Source: Balanoglossus misakiensis
Taxonomy: Eukaryota; Animalia; Hemichordata
Direction of reading: 5' to 3'
NCBI GenBank assembly: GCA_040954595.2
Contig: CM082597.2
Location: forward strand, 6,081,244 to 6,145,243
DNA length: 64,000 nt
Numbering within the stretch: the first letter of the stretch is position 1; each line of letters begins with the position of its first letter. Shown piece after piece: positions 27,086-40,133 of this stretch. The notes under the pieces are model-generated. The model had not been told where the DNA came from. It did no database searches and saw only the letters and a list, made by a program, of their open reading frames with translations. Made by a program: the position numbers and the translations under genes.

Positions 27086-27853
27086 CGGAACGTCTTGGCC
27101 CTGTCGTCGAGAAATGTAATGTAGGGCCTACACGTGCACACAGCGGAGTGTGACCACGTAAAATCAACTTTGTCATAACTGAAGCAACTAAAATGTTCCC
27201 CTATATCTAGAAAATTTATACTTGCAGGGAATTCTGAGCTCAATAATTACCTGAGAAATGTAGATTTTAGTATAAATCGATTCTATCAGGGGCAACGTTG
27301 ACTAAATCCTCATATAAGTCCATGCATTGCATTTATAATCGGCAATGTTTGGCGAAAGGTTAACTTTCAATACATGTACAAGAGAGATTAACATAGTCAT
27401 TGGCAAGTGGGTAGTAAATAAGACACAGAGGCAGTGTATATGAGAAGTCCGTTTAATTTAGATCGTCACAGGAGAAAAAATAAGTGCATATATCCAGTTT
27501 TATGTAGATAGTCCGTTTCCAATAGGGATAAATTAAAAAGTTCACTACTCCGGTCCTTATACTTGGATTGCCGCGAACACCGGGGAGCTCTTGACAATGT
27601 CAATGCTGTCGTCTGTTTTGATAGTTCATTGCCGCTTCATCATCGATGTCTCGAAATCGCCAGGTTTGGAAATCACTGGCAAGTTTATAGTACAGCCGCT
27701 TTCTTTGGCTAAACTGATTACCTCACAGCATTTCTCCGTTTTTTCAAGTTAAGTTTCAAACTCGTCGACCCTCATTTCTGCAAAATTTTCGCCGTTGTTC
27801 ACAAAAGTGAGCTGAAGGCCTGGTCAATTTTGTCTGCGTGTAAATACAATGAC

Positions 27854-30800
27854 TCATCTTTGGGGGTAGTCCCAGAGAACACGGCGCCCAAGAGGCCCTC
27901 GTAATGAGTATCTACGGTATGCTCGGGTCACGGGTGTGGGGGGAACTTCCCGACTCGAACATTCTGCAGCCGGGTTGGATCGTGAGGCTAGACCATGCTG
28001 CCAGAGATTGGTGACCATATCCTTAACTGCCGTCGTACTCGCCCTGATGGGAACAGCTACAAATAAACAAATCAACAAACTTCAAAGTCCAACGAACACT
28101 TTCAAACACTTTCAGGTTATGAAAATTGTGTGCAATTTCACCACTTAGTTGATGTGGCAACAAACTAAGCACCTCTGGAAACTTTTACTTTTAGTTCTCG
28201 TGTAATTCCAAAATCAGTGTATATAAGGCTGGTGTGCCCTTTTAAATGATCTACAGCATTTATTTGTTAATTAGCAAGTTTGAATAACATACGGGCCCGG
28301 TTACAACCGATAACGTATAGTAACAAACTGATATCGTCTCAATCCCGGGTGACTGTGGTCGGCTCCTACATGCAATATGGTTGAAATGCACTCTTGGAAA
28401 TAAACACTTCTCTAGTAATTATTGAGCTCAGAATTACCCCAAAGTATATAATTTCTACTGGAACATTTTATAGTTGCTTCAGTTTGACCATTGATTTCAC
28501 AACTATCAGGTGACAGGAAATTTAAATAACTTATAAAACCCAGTTTGCTAAATGTTTTGTGTTAACGAGTACGCTTTGAGATATCCGTCTCACTTTTGCG
28601 TGAATGCACTGTCGTAAGTATCATACAAAGTGTGTCTCTATTTATTTTTTAATCCCTAGCGGTGAATTAAAAATCGGAATATTTATTAATTTAGTATCGC
28701 ATTTCCCAAATTGATCAAATTCGATTTTTCATGTCTAAGTAATGTCACGAAAATAGTCATAGGCCTATTCAAAGTACATGTAACTCGGAAGGTGTACATG
28801 TAACTGATTGATTGTGAAAAAAACACAAAAGATACAGCACTCAATTAGAACTGTATCTATTGATTTATACTTATTGGTTGACAGAATGCATTATCAGTTG
28901 AGTTGAATTTTTTAAGTATTTAGCTTGGCTTCATTATGGTCTGTCTGCCTGTCTGTCTGTCTGGTAGTCTGTATGTATGTCTGTCTGTCTGTCTGCCCAT
29001 GCATACATAGATCTATCTAGATATCGAACTATTGATCAATCGATCAAAAGATGGATGATGGATGGAAACGTGATCAGTTTTAATTGATTGATACGTTATC
29101 GGTAAATTTATACTACCTTATCGGGTTTGCTACGTAATCGGTAAGTTACTACCGAACGTTATCAGTTGTAACAGGCCCTCCAGTCATGATGCATGATAAT
29201 AATTACTGAATGGGGCCTATATATACTCATGAATAAAATCACATTACTGTAAGGAAGTGTTTTACCTGCTCTGTTTTTCCTATTCTGCTCTGCTTGTTCT
29301 TTCGATAACGGAATGAATCTTGACAATGACCCCTCCGGTTTCTGAAGCTGTTCTTTTTCTTTCGATAACCCTGTCTTCAAATCTTCAGTATCAGCGATTG
29401 GCTTGGGCACTTCGCCGATTTCCGGTAAGAATGTTGACAATCGCCCCCTCAGTTCATAAGGCTGTTCTTTTTCTTTCGATAACTCTGTCTTCAAATCTTC
29501 AGTATCAGCGATTGGCTTGGGCACTTCGCCGATTTGCGGTAAGAATGTTGACAATTGGTCCCTCAGTTTATAAGGCTGTGCTTTTTCTTTCGATAACCCT
29601 GTCTTCAAATCTTCAGTATCAGCGATTGGCTTGGGCACTTCGTCGATTTGCGGTAAGAATGTTGACAATTGATCCCTCAGTTTATAAGGCTGTGCTTTTT
29701 CTTTCGATAACCCTGTCTTCAAATCTTCAGTATCAGCGATTGGCTTGGGCACTTCGTCGATTTGCGGTAAGAATGTTGACAATTGATCCCTCAGTTTATA
29801 AGGCTGTGCTTTTTCTTTCGATAACCCTGTCTTCAAATCTTCAGTATCAGCGATTGGCTTGGGCACTTCGTCGATTTGCGGATTGAGCGTAAGACTCTTC
29901 TGCCTGTCTTGTTCATGTGTTACATTTAATAGTGGATCTTTGTCTGTGTTACACGAATGGAAAATAAAGACATCCTGAATGATCAAGTTTCGAAAATTTA
30001 TAAGGCTTCCAGTTAACATATTCCATGAAACCAAGCCATTTTAAAAATGCAGAAACAGTGTGACTGATGTACACTCACCTTCCTTTAAGTACTTTAATTC
30101 AGCTACACATCTTTTATACTCAGCAGTTTCAATGTTGACAGTTACTTTTGCTTTGATGCTACCGTCTGTAGTTCTCAGTTTCTCTGTTAGTAAATCCTTC
30201 GCGAACGTGGCTTTCAATGAGTTGTCCCACATTTGATCCCACAGTTTCTCTACTGTTTGGTCGTTTCCGCATCTTATCAGCAAGTATACTGATCTGCCAC
30301 GAATGGATAACTTCCTTTGTTCAATGTCTTTGAGATCTTGGAAATGTGACTGTACATTAGGTAAGTCATTCCAACCTTGTATTTTGCTCAGAATTTCTGA
30401 AGTGATTTCGTCTACAACATCCTTTGGTCCTTCTATATCTACATCCACATAAATACCAAGTTCACCTGTGGTGGAGTGAAATTTGAATACTTTGTTTTAC
30501 AGTGTCGATTAGAACCCACAGTTTTATAAATAATACGTGAGACCGGGACAAAATTAAGTCTGAGCATAACTCAATTAGAAAGGCATATACATTGTTAGAC
30601 TGACGGAAAGCAGGCTCGTACAAGCCAAATGACAAAAATGAGAGTAAAGCACATGCAGACACATCTTACAATGTGCTATTAAAATGTGTATATTTCAGCA
30701 AATGAAACTAGTAATTTATATCCATATTCGAGAATGTTATTCAATGTATCCGAATTGACAAACTCCTTTTCACGAATGGGTTAATTTTTTTCTGCCAATT

Positions 30801-33800
30801 CGATTTAAGACTACTAAATTGTCAAAATTTACTTTGCAGTTTTTGCTGTGGCCGCTCTTATCCTTGTTTTCGATACTATTGTTTTACAGTTTAAAATAAC
30901 TCTCAATATTCTGGAAGATTTTACTCCATCAAATCAGGTGACATCAGAAAAACTTCGCAATTAGCTAAATGCAAAACTATCAACTCATGTAGTGTGTCCA
31001 ATTCAAACTCTGTCATTTGTACAAAAAGGCACATCTTACCATACTTGTGTCCTCTCCGTGATTGTGTTGCATCTGTCCTCACCCCTGTGTAGAAAAATGA
31101 AGTGTATAATTATTTTGTAGCATTGTGTCTATTTTATTTTGGTCCTTTGCGCAGATGGTAATCATTCCGAAGCATTTGTCCCCCTCCCACATAAGAAAAT
31201 TTTGTAATATACGGTGCTCAAAGTTGCATTTTAATGAACTCCAAAGCAAACTAACTCAATGTTAGGGAGGACAAATTTTAATTTTGCCACTCCACTCAAA
31301 GTAGGCATCGGGGGTGGGTCTGCCCCGGTACACTAGACAAAGAAGCGAATAAATGCATGGAGGGGGTGGGTGAAAATTAGAATTAGAAAATTTTGCAAAA
31401 TTTTGGGCGCGAAACTGCAATTTTGTTGACTCAAAAGCAAAAGTTCGGTGGCAAAAGTATGTGACCCCCCCCCCCTCAACGTTTAAAAAAACCAAATGAC
31501 CCCCCTTTAGGACTTCAAAATTTAAGTGACCCCCCCCCCCCTGGATTTTGCCCCCCCCCCCCCCGGCCGTAAAAACTGAACGGTCCCTAATACAGGACGG
31601 GGCCATGAAATTGAAATTCGACTGCTGCTCTACCTTCGCTTTGGATGCCGTGACGTGTGTCATATGCGGACTCTGTCACCCTGCTTGGCCCATCACTTTC
31701 AATAAAGCTCGTAGTTCTCGCAATAGTTGCATCATGGGCATTAATAGAAGACCGGGTCTTCGAGGCAATGGCGTTACTACCTGTCAAGATAATGATAATT
31801 TGTCTGATACATTATATGTCGCATGGTCATAGTTAAAATGCAAATAAAATCGTGAAACAGTTACAATTTGTGACATGAATACTGTAGCATGTTCATACCG
31901 TAGGTCTCATCACCAAAAGCCTCTTCTGTTGTAGATTCTACATTCTGGACTGACGTCTTACGTCCGATGTTATCTGGACTGCCTTCTGCCATTGTAACTC
32001 CAGTGGATTGATCTGTAATGGGATATGGGATCTTTAAAGCTTCAAAATTCACACCTACAAGTATATTCTATCATTGAACTTAGAAATTCCATCATTTGCG
32101 TCAACACTTTTCGGACTCCATGCTCAACTCCTTTGTGTTCGGGTTCGTTGTACATTGCTATTTCAAATAGCCACTGACTCGGGAGGGTACTTCCAATATT
32201 TTCATACATGGGTTGTGGCCCCGAGCAAAAAACACCAACCCAGGCAGACTCCCAAATTTGAACCTTTGTTATGACTTTATATTTCATGATTTTGAATATC
32301 TTCAATTGATTTATTTTTATTCTGTTTGAATATGAAAAAAAAAACATTTTCTAAGTAATCGACCCATATTTAGGTCATTTAGCTTTTCGGAAGAAAGGGC
32401 AATCCGTCTTTAGTGTTTTTCTCGTGAAAACGTGACACATTTGAGTGAAACATGTACAATTTTCTATGGGAGTAACCCCAAGGCAATGACTTACCAGTGT
32501 AAGCCCTACACAGGCTAACAAGCTGTGCTGTCGACTTGGAAATGATACCTTTTCCCACAGATTTTTTAAGTCCATCTCGGAGGCTTTTTGCACAACCATT
32601 TGCAGTGTCATAGTTCTTCAAAGTTTTAATGACGTGTCTACACCACAGTTCTGCTGCGTCCTCTTCATTTTGATTGATACCAGTGTCAACAGTTATATTG
32701 TCTCTGAACACGTCCATGGTGGGTTCAATTCTTGCAAATTCTGATATGCCGGAACTTCTAGCGACAAGGACAGGTGTACATGCAGCTATTGCGTGAAGTA
32801 TTGCCACGTTGAACGGTTTCTGTACTTCAGTGTCAACCATCAGTGTACAGGAGTTAACAGCGGTACGGAGGTCATCTACGGTATACCTCGCTTTGGTCCG
32901 TATTTCTAGTCTGCCACTCCTTGCTTTCTCTTTGAGTGAGTCGACAGATTCGTCAGACACACCGTATACTTTCAGTATGAGACGATGATTCTCATCCTTG
33001 AAGTGTTCCGACACCAAGTCCAATGCTGAGGTGAGGGTGTTAACGTATTTCTTGTCTTCGTATTCACTTACGAATGTTACCACTTCGGATACATTCGAAA
33101 TACTGTGCGTTGTAGGCTCAGCATTGAGGAAACTGTCGTCTGGAGCTGGTATGAATTGAGTAATGAATGATTCATCGCAAGGTTTTCTACAACCACGGCA
33201 AATGCGCTGTACGTCACTCAGAACCAATGGACCAATGGCGACGACATGATCAGAGTCCCTTATTATCTCTCTTGTTTCTTGTTCTTTTTTATCTGAATTG
33301 GGGATGCCGTGTATGAATGTTAACAATGCAGCTTGTGTGAATACATCTTTAACCATCCATTTTGCTGCTGTCGCTGTGTTCTCGAGATCGTTTGTGCAGA
33401 AATGGCCAAAAACAAGACCGATTTTTGAGGCATATTTCTTCAATTGTGGAAAATATGACAAATGTAATATCAACTGCTCAACTGGTGGAATGGGCGTTTC
33501 TTGGTCTTTTTTGACTGCCAACAACAGTGTAACGTCGTGTTTTGAAGCATCTTCAAGTTCGTCTTTTGTTGCATTAGTAGCTGTAGAGTAGACTTGGAAG
33601 CCAAGTTTGGCCAAGTTAATGGCAGCTTGTCGGTTTATGAAAGACTTCGATGAACGAATTGATGTAGGCGACCACTCTGTGTCGATGAAAAGAACTCCTG
33701 ACTTTGTCCTTTCTGGTTCTTGTTGGCGTCGTCGATGTCGCTGCTCCCTTGGTTCATATTTTGACTTTTCGATTTCCCTCTGTTGTTGTTTGTCTTGTGT

Positions 33801-34904
33801 TTGTGGTATTTGTTCTTGTCGTTTCTGTTGCTGTTTAGATTGTCCCTGTTCATTTTTGCGTTCATGCAGCTGTTGTTGCTGCTGGTGGTCATGTTCATCG
33901 CGAGGTGAAGGGAGCCCAGGAGCTTTGTTGTTTCCATCATCCCCTTTCTCTCCTTGTTCTATTTTTACTGGTCGTTGATGTTCTTTTTGTTCCTGCTGTT
34001 GTCTGTCTTGTTGTTTTTCTTGTTCAAGTTGTTGTACTTGTTGTTCTCCTTCTTCTTCTTTTTGTTCTTGGCATGTATATTGCCCCTGTGCTGGCTGCTG
34101 TTGGTGTTCATGTGGTCTATCTTGATGTTGTTGTTCCTCGTCCACTCTGTGTAACAAAACGACAATGATTACATTTGGCAACATTTGTGCTCAAAAGTAG
34201 GACGAGCTTTTTACAATAACTTCATTAATATGAGATAATCAATCAGTAGGCAATGATCATTAGTATTCTAATGTTTTGAATGAATAATATTACTATAGAC
34301 TTTGTTTGTGGTTTTGACTTTTACTTCCCCCTTTCAGTGGATTATACAAAAGAGTGACCCTGCTAATGGTCTGCGCATAAGAAAATGACCTTACAATGGG
34401 CATCAACAGCCTTATGGAAATAATTATAATCAGAGTTTATCATTGCATCACATTAAAGAAAACATAAAACGCCAAGGAAAGGAAAGCAAGGTGTATCGTT
34501 TCTGAAATGTGTAATGATAACACGAAAACAGAAATGATAACGCATAAACATGTGATTGTAGTGTATTTCAGCAAAAATAACACCGATATAATGATTTCTT
34601 ATCATTAAAATAGTGGTCTATCCAGATGCAGTGCATGGTTATCACATTCCATAGCCTTACATGTAGAATTTTGAGAATATAAAGTTGTTGTATTGTTATA
34701 TTATTGAAATTTTCACAAAAGGTGCTAAATGACAATATTTTCAATTTCAAGCTAAAACCACTATCTTAATACACAAAACATATGAAAAAAATCCTACCTG
34801 ATTTCATCGTTATCTGTGTCACTCGGACACATGGCCATGAACGCCGATGCTACGAGTGCTGACCCCACCACGGCCACTGTTGCTTTTTCGCAGGAACAGG
34901 CCAT
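27854..34904 (-). CDS. 8-exon gene (~1124 aa): hydrophobic N-terminus, Q-rich region, GT4 (GT-B) glycosyltransferase-like domain, TRADD-N-like domain, 38-aa repeats
   Basis: Exons 34904-34798, 34146-32495, 32054-31899, 31780-31634, 31084-31040, 30465-30079, 29943-29266, 28056-27854. All are GT-AG with matching phases (2,1,1,1,1,1,1), total 3375 nt. GT4-like: VLFIDTEW..FINRQAA..FIHGIP..DHVVAIGP..KPFNVAILHAIAACTPVLV. TRADD-N-like: RSVYLLIRC..EKLWDQ..LKATFAKDLLT..VTVNIETAEYKRC. The last exon is the least certain. Confidence 0.85.
29300..29882 (-). repeat. 114-bp (38-aa) coding tandem repeat, ~5 copies
   Basis: Unit PQIDEVPKPIADTEDLKTGLSKEKAQPYKLRDQLSTFL; 114-nt periodicity (e.g. tcagcgattg at 29391 and 29505). 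Confidence 0.95.
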
Positions 34905-37159
34905 AATTATTTTACTTCAAAGAAAATGAAAATATAAAAATTCACACGCTCACAATGGAAAAAAATGCTTAAATTATTTTACGATACAGTTTCGTCAGTT
35001 AATCTAACATCAATTCACCAAACTTGGAAGTTTTTCTTGTCACAGGTGTATTTTGCGGGGCAACATGCAGCGTAATACTTACTTTCAGTATTCTTCGCGT
35101 TCAAATATATCTCTGAGGCGTGCGTACTGATCACATCAATCACCCAGTCAGCCTAAAAGTTACAAATTAAATGAAGTAAATGCAAGAATGGCATAAAAAT
35201 ATTAATTCAGAGTAACTTGTTTGCCATGGCTATTCCACCACATATCGATTTTGGCATATTCAGCTATGTGCTAAATAACATCAATCGATGATTTTTTACG
35301 CGGTTAAGGAAAACACTGTCAAAATGTTGACCTCAGAACGATAACAGCACTGCGCAGATTAGTAGACCAACGACTGTGCCAATGTTCATGATGGTTGCCA
35401 GGTTGGAGTAGTAAGAATGACCCTCTCAGGCTACCGTGTCACTGATACACGATACATCACCTATGTTGTCAAGGTGATAAACAGAAAAGGTCAAACTACT
35501 GGCGACACAGTGGTTTGCTGAATGTAGGCACACAAGCATCTCGTGGGTGTAGACATAAAAATTGGACTCATCTGCGTTTTGCTGGCTTTGCAAACTCAGT
35601 TTAGAACACCTTGTATGATAATTAATTACAGCCGTGTAAAGCGATAACGAGGCTTTGACCTTGCATATACATGTAATCGCAAAATAACTTGGGGTTTGTT
35701 CACCCTTCGTTATTCGTTATTCATTTGGAACGTTATTCTATTGTTGAAAGCGCAGAAAACAGTAGATTATCAGAGCAGCAATTAATAGGAAAAATATTTC
35801 CGCCTGTTCACATGTACAGGAAATAGCATTTCGCAAAATTTTAAAAAATTAAGGCATGAATTCAAAAGAACATTCTTACGTGCCAATACAGGCTAGTGGT
35901 GTTGGATCGACACTGGGTGGTTCTTTAAGCAGAGCGTGATGCTAATTATGGTTACGTAGTTAAGTCACGAACTAGTCGAGGATACATGGAATACAAGTCT
36001 GTCATACCCAAACGGATGCCAAAACTGCGCGAGACGTGGGCGAAATAGCAGAGTCATGTGGGGCAATTCCATTACCTGGTAAGATGGGGTCAGGTTTGAC
36101 CAATCAGAAGATGTGTGACGGTCACCATGAATATTATTTTTTGCAAAAATTTGCAAGATATCAATAATTTCTTCTTTTTTATCTCTCTAATCATAAAACA
36201 TTTGACAAAATGGGTTTGTCGGTCCAGTTAAACAAAAGAGGCCCCGAACAATATATATTGTTTAATCAAAGTAAACAGCGTCTTGTTTGTTTACAAATGG
36301 ATCAATCAGAAATAGCGATGATGTTGCTACATGCAAATTTACCTGTCCCATTGTATTCGGTGTCAGCCACTTGACTTTAGGAATGACGTCATTGCATACC
36401 TTGGTTGGTGGGGGCGTTTCATATAGCGTCGCGTCCCGGGGCGTTCTATACGATTTATACGTGGAAGCTCATCATGTGAACGAAGAGATCTCGCATAGGG
36501 GTATTAAGTTTTATAGGACCCATACCAACAGCCGACCGGAAAATACTGGGTTCAGCGAGGAAATATAAGATGCTAATAGACTACGTTGCAATGCGGAAAT
36601 GATACAGCGGAAATAATAAGTATAGCCCGGAGACCAGGGCGTCGAAAATCGACGCCCATGGTCTCCGGGCTAATTTAAGTACGGAAAAAAGTGCCCATCA
36701 ACACGATTTTAATTGAACACCAGGATATTTCTTTTTAATTGTTGACTTCAGGATTCTCCTTTGTAAGTTTAATTCCTTGATTATCCGTAATGAAATACAT
36801 GGGTCACCGTATGTGTGTACAAGGGGACAGGGAAAAATTTTGCGTCGATAAAATCGAATTTTGGCCGAAAAAGCTGCGGTCCGGAACCGGACCGCAGACA
36901 CACCAGTTCTGTCTATGGACCTTTACAGGGCTGTGGTGAAGGCCGTGTAACGCCGGGAACACACATACCTGTACGCAGGGTTATGCGACGCTAATTAGAA
37001 AATTTAGCCAAGGGAGTCTGGCATTGAAGACTATATAGACAAATAAAAACTCCGAGTACAGATAAATGGAAACGGGGTGACAGAGCTCCTGAGAACTAAA
37101 ACCCCTGCAAGTGTCGAAGCAGGCCGACTTACACATGTTACATCGTTATGAATGTAAAG

Positions 37160-38010
37160 ATTCGGTCAATCGCATCAATTTTTTTGCAGAGGTGTATGTT
37201 TGAGAGTCCTTTACAATTATACTCTAAATCTCAAGGTCAGAGAAGAAAAAAACAACTGTGAATGTACAATGAAACTTGAACGGCAATTATTGCAAAAGAT
37301 TGGGATAATTGTATGGAAATTTGAAGCTTTCTATTTCCTGGGTGATACTAGACCCGTTAAGGTCAGGCGTGTTAACGTCAAGTTCATTAGCAAAATGGCA
37401 CGTGATTGGTACCTCCCCCCCCCTCCCTCCCTCTAAACACACGGGAGTGTCCTGGAGCATGCTATGTAAAGATTTTTGCAGACGAACGGTTGCTAATAAC
37501 CGTATACTTTTAACAACTTGACACTAACCTCTTGTGTCCCCATCAAAATGAACGACTACGAAAATCTTTTGCTGGAAAATTGCTCATCAAAATTTTCAGG
37601 TCACTGTTTCTTAGTAAATACGCATGTCTATACCTGGAACATTTATAGTGGTGAACATTACATGTACAGGGGTGCAGCTCAGGCTGTGTATGGTTAGAAT
37701 GCACGATGTGTCATATATAAGCCCGAAGTTCGGTCAGTCGCATCAATTCTTTTTTTGCAGAGGTGTATGTTTGAGAGTCGTTTACAATTATAGTCCAAAT
37801 CTCAAGGTCAGAGAAGAAAAAACGCCACTGTAAGTGTATAATGAACTTGAACAATCATTGCAAAAGATTGGGATAATTGTATGGAAATTTGAAGCTTTCT
37901 ATTTCCTTTGTGATAATAGACGAGTGAAGGTCAGGCGTATTAACATGAAGTTCATTGGCGTAAACAACAAGGGGGGAGTCCTGAAGCAGGCTATATAAAA
38001 GAATACTTGC
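37160..38010 (+). repeat. Tandem duplication of the upstream/promoter segment of peptide gene 1 (~37160-37470 and ~37729-38005)
   Basis: ttcggtca.tcgcatcaatt..gcagaggtgtatgtttgagagtc..ctcaaggtcagagaagaaaaaa..ttgcaaaagattgggataattgtatggaaatttgaagc occurs twice. Only the second copy keeps a clean TATAAAA. Confidence 0.9.
37994..38000 (+). promoter_or_regulatory. TATA box of peptide gene 1 (paralogous TATAAAA at 42065-42071 for gene 2)
   Basis: gcta(ta)taaaa lies ~100 bp upstream of a GTAAGT donor at the equivalent position in both paralogs. Confidence 0.65.
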
Positions 38011-38608
38011 TAAATACAACAAGCATTGGAACCTTTGTGCGACACAAACTTGTCGTTGCATCGAATTCATCGAACAAGAAATCCATACGTACATGTAAGT
38101 TGTTTATTTATTCTATCTGTCTGTTTGGCTGTTACGTGTGAAGTTCACTCAATGACAGAACCTTAATCTAAATTTGTTCATGGTAATTGTAGATTACGGC
38201 AAAAAATTGCATTTCTTGCACCTATTCTAGTTTCATGCAGAGCTTGTCTTCCAAGATGTATGATACCCGTTGCTGTATAGTAATTAACCAATTTTTGGTC
38301 GACTCCGCATGCAAAGCATAATAAAATGCTAGCACGGAACTCGCCAATGTAAATTATGCATGTGGATCAGCATATTGGTCATGTTCGAGCGAAAATTCGC
38401 AAATTGACCGGTACTGATATATATACTTTAAAGTCATCGTCGCTCCAAACTTTCCAAGCTATAGTCATGTGCACAGGTGAGAGTTTGTGCCAAACTATAG
38501 TTCAGCAAAACAGAGGCCGCCATCTCAATAATATTGAAGTATTTACAGATTCTGAAGTATTTAATGCATTTCTTTCAGAATCTGTTTATCCTTCACACGG
38601 AAGACATC

Positions 38609-40133
38609 ATGAAGACTTTGGTTTTGCTTCTCAGCTTGGCCCTGTTGGTTTCAATGGTCGTCCATGAAAGCGAATGTTTTACCGAAGGCGTTGGTAACAT
38701 TGGCAAGATAAGAGATGCTCGCAAGAGGGCGCTCACGTAAGCATCAAGATTCTCTTGTTCATGAGTCATTCATGGACTAATAAAAATTATTTTTTCTACC
38801 ACAGTTTTTTGTATGATTAGAAATCGTTCGAAGGGTTTGTATACACCCTGCACGACGAACTATAGTAGAATCGTGTCGAGGTTGTACAGCGGAAGCAGCC
38901 GACACCGTTTGGAGGGCGCGGACGCGAACGACCAAATGTAGCTTCATCATCAATCGCTTGGTCGGGCGTCGATTCTCAATTTTCATCGTATATGAATGTC
39001 AGTTTGTCACTGAATGAATTGGGAGATGGTGAATTGCATGAGCTGTCATAAGCCGTTTACCTATCTATGAATATTAAAATTTATCATTAGGCTAAGTAAC
39101 AAAATATGTGCTTGTTCCGATTACCCGACCTACCCTAATTTTAGGCCGCCGACCCTAAACATTTTAGACCTTCGTAAACCGGAAGTAGGAATAACGATGT
39201 CATGAAATATACAAAATTTATGACAATTGCGAGCATCACGCAAGAACTATGATGTCATTCTCAAGTTCCACACAACGGTGGCCAGAGAAATAAAAAAAAA
39301 ATCAAAATAAAAAATGTCCCTACCTACCTAAGCTTTTTTTGAAAACAATGTAATCAGAACAGCACATAGGCCTATTTTGGCCTTATATGTAACAGTATTG
39401 TCACGAAATCTCGGGAAACACTGCGAATACTTTAAAGGTTCAACACCTAATAAAGCACTCTGGGGAAATTCCCACAGAAATCTGCAGTGTGGTAACGTGA
39501 ACGAGCTTCCGATGACGGCTGTCACTGAAGCGTTCGACTTGTGCGTGGACAGAACACGCACTTGTAAAGCTGGGCTTGGGCGACAGAAAACCCGTGTCGA
39601 CTGAGACGGACCGAATAAGCAATGGCACCGGAAAAATAGCTACGTAAACCCACCGATCTAGCAATCCAGCCTCACAGAGGCGTACTAGTGATGATAGAAA
39701 TGGATTTTAACGTAAATAAACTCAAAATAGCGGCAGCCAAGTGATTGGATCAGGAGCACACGAAGCACACTGTTAGCTGCAAGACGGCTACCTCAGAAGT
39801 GACTCAGAAGGGGGAAAAGAGTTGCCTATATGCGCATATGACATGTGACCTAGTCTCCGCCCCTCAATGGGTGAGTGACATACCATGCACGGGGACCCTG
39901 CACCTGAAAATCAGGGATATTGCCTATTGTTCTCAATCACCTGCAAACCCATAGCATGAGCCCCTCCACACTATTGGGCTACCAAGCGCGCATGTATTAT
40001 GTCCGGTATTTCATGACAGTATTAAATAAATTCGTTTCTTTGCAGGGAAAAACTCGAGACAGAGAAGCGTGTCCGAGGCGCGTACAACCGGAAAGGAAAC
40101 GTAAAGAAATCTATCTCGACGGATCAAAAATAA
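38609..40133 (+). CDS. Small secreted peptide precursor 1 (71 aa)
   Basis: Coding exons 38609-38736 and 40046-40133 (phase 2): MKTLVLLLSLALLVSMVVHESEC-FTEGVGNIGKIRDARKR-ALTEKLETEKRVRGAYNRKGNVKKSISTDQK*. Has a signal peptide, KR sites, a 5' UTR exon (donor ~38095, acceptor ~38578) and AATAAA at ~40305. Confidence 0.85.
39088..39385. mobile_element. Non-autonomous DNA transposon in the intron of peptide gene 1
   Basis: Imperfect TIRs (taggctaag..atgtgcttgttccgattac / gtaatcagaacagcacat..ttggcctta). A related copy is at 16640-16880. Confidence 0.65.

Noticed and set aside
29320-29886. 188-aa plus-strand repeat ORF
   Set aside because: Antisense shadow of the 114-bp coding repeat in the GT4/TRADD-N gene.
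29974-29976. Alternative acceptor at 29974 for the repeat exon
   Set aside because: With the phase-1 upstream donor it gives a stop within a few codons. The acceptor at 29943 keeps the frame.
33298-34168. Plus-strand hydrophobic or Cys-rich ORFs (33607, 33905, 33954)
   Set aside because: Antisense to the Q-rich coding tract of the GT4 exon.
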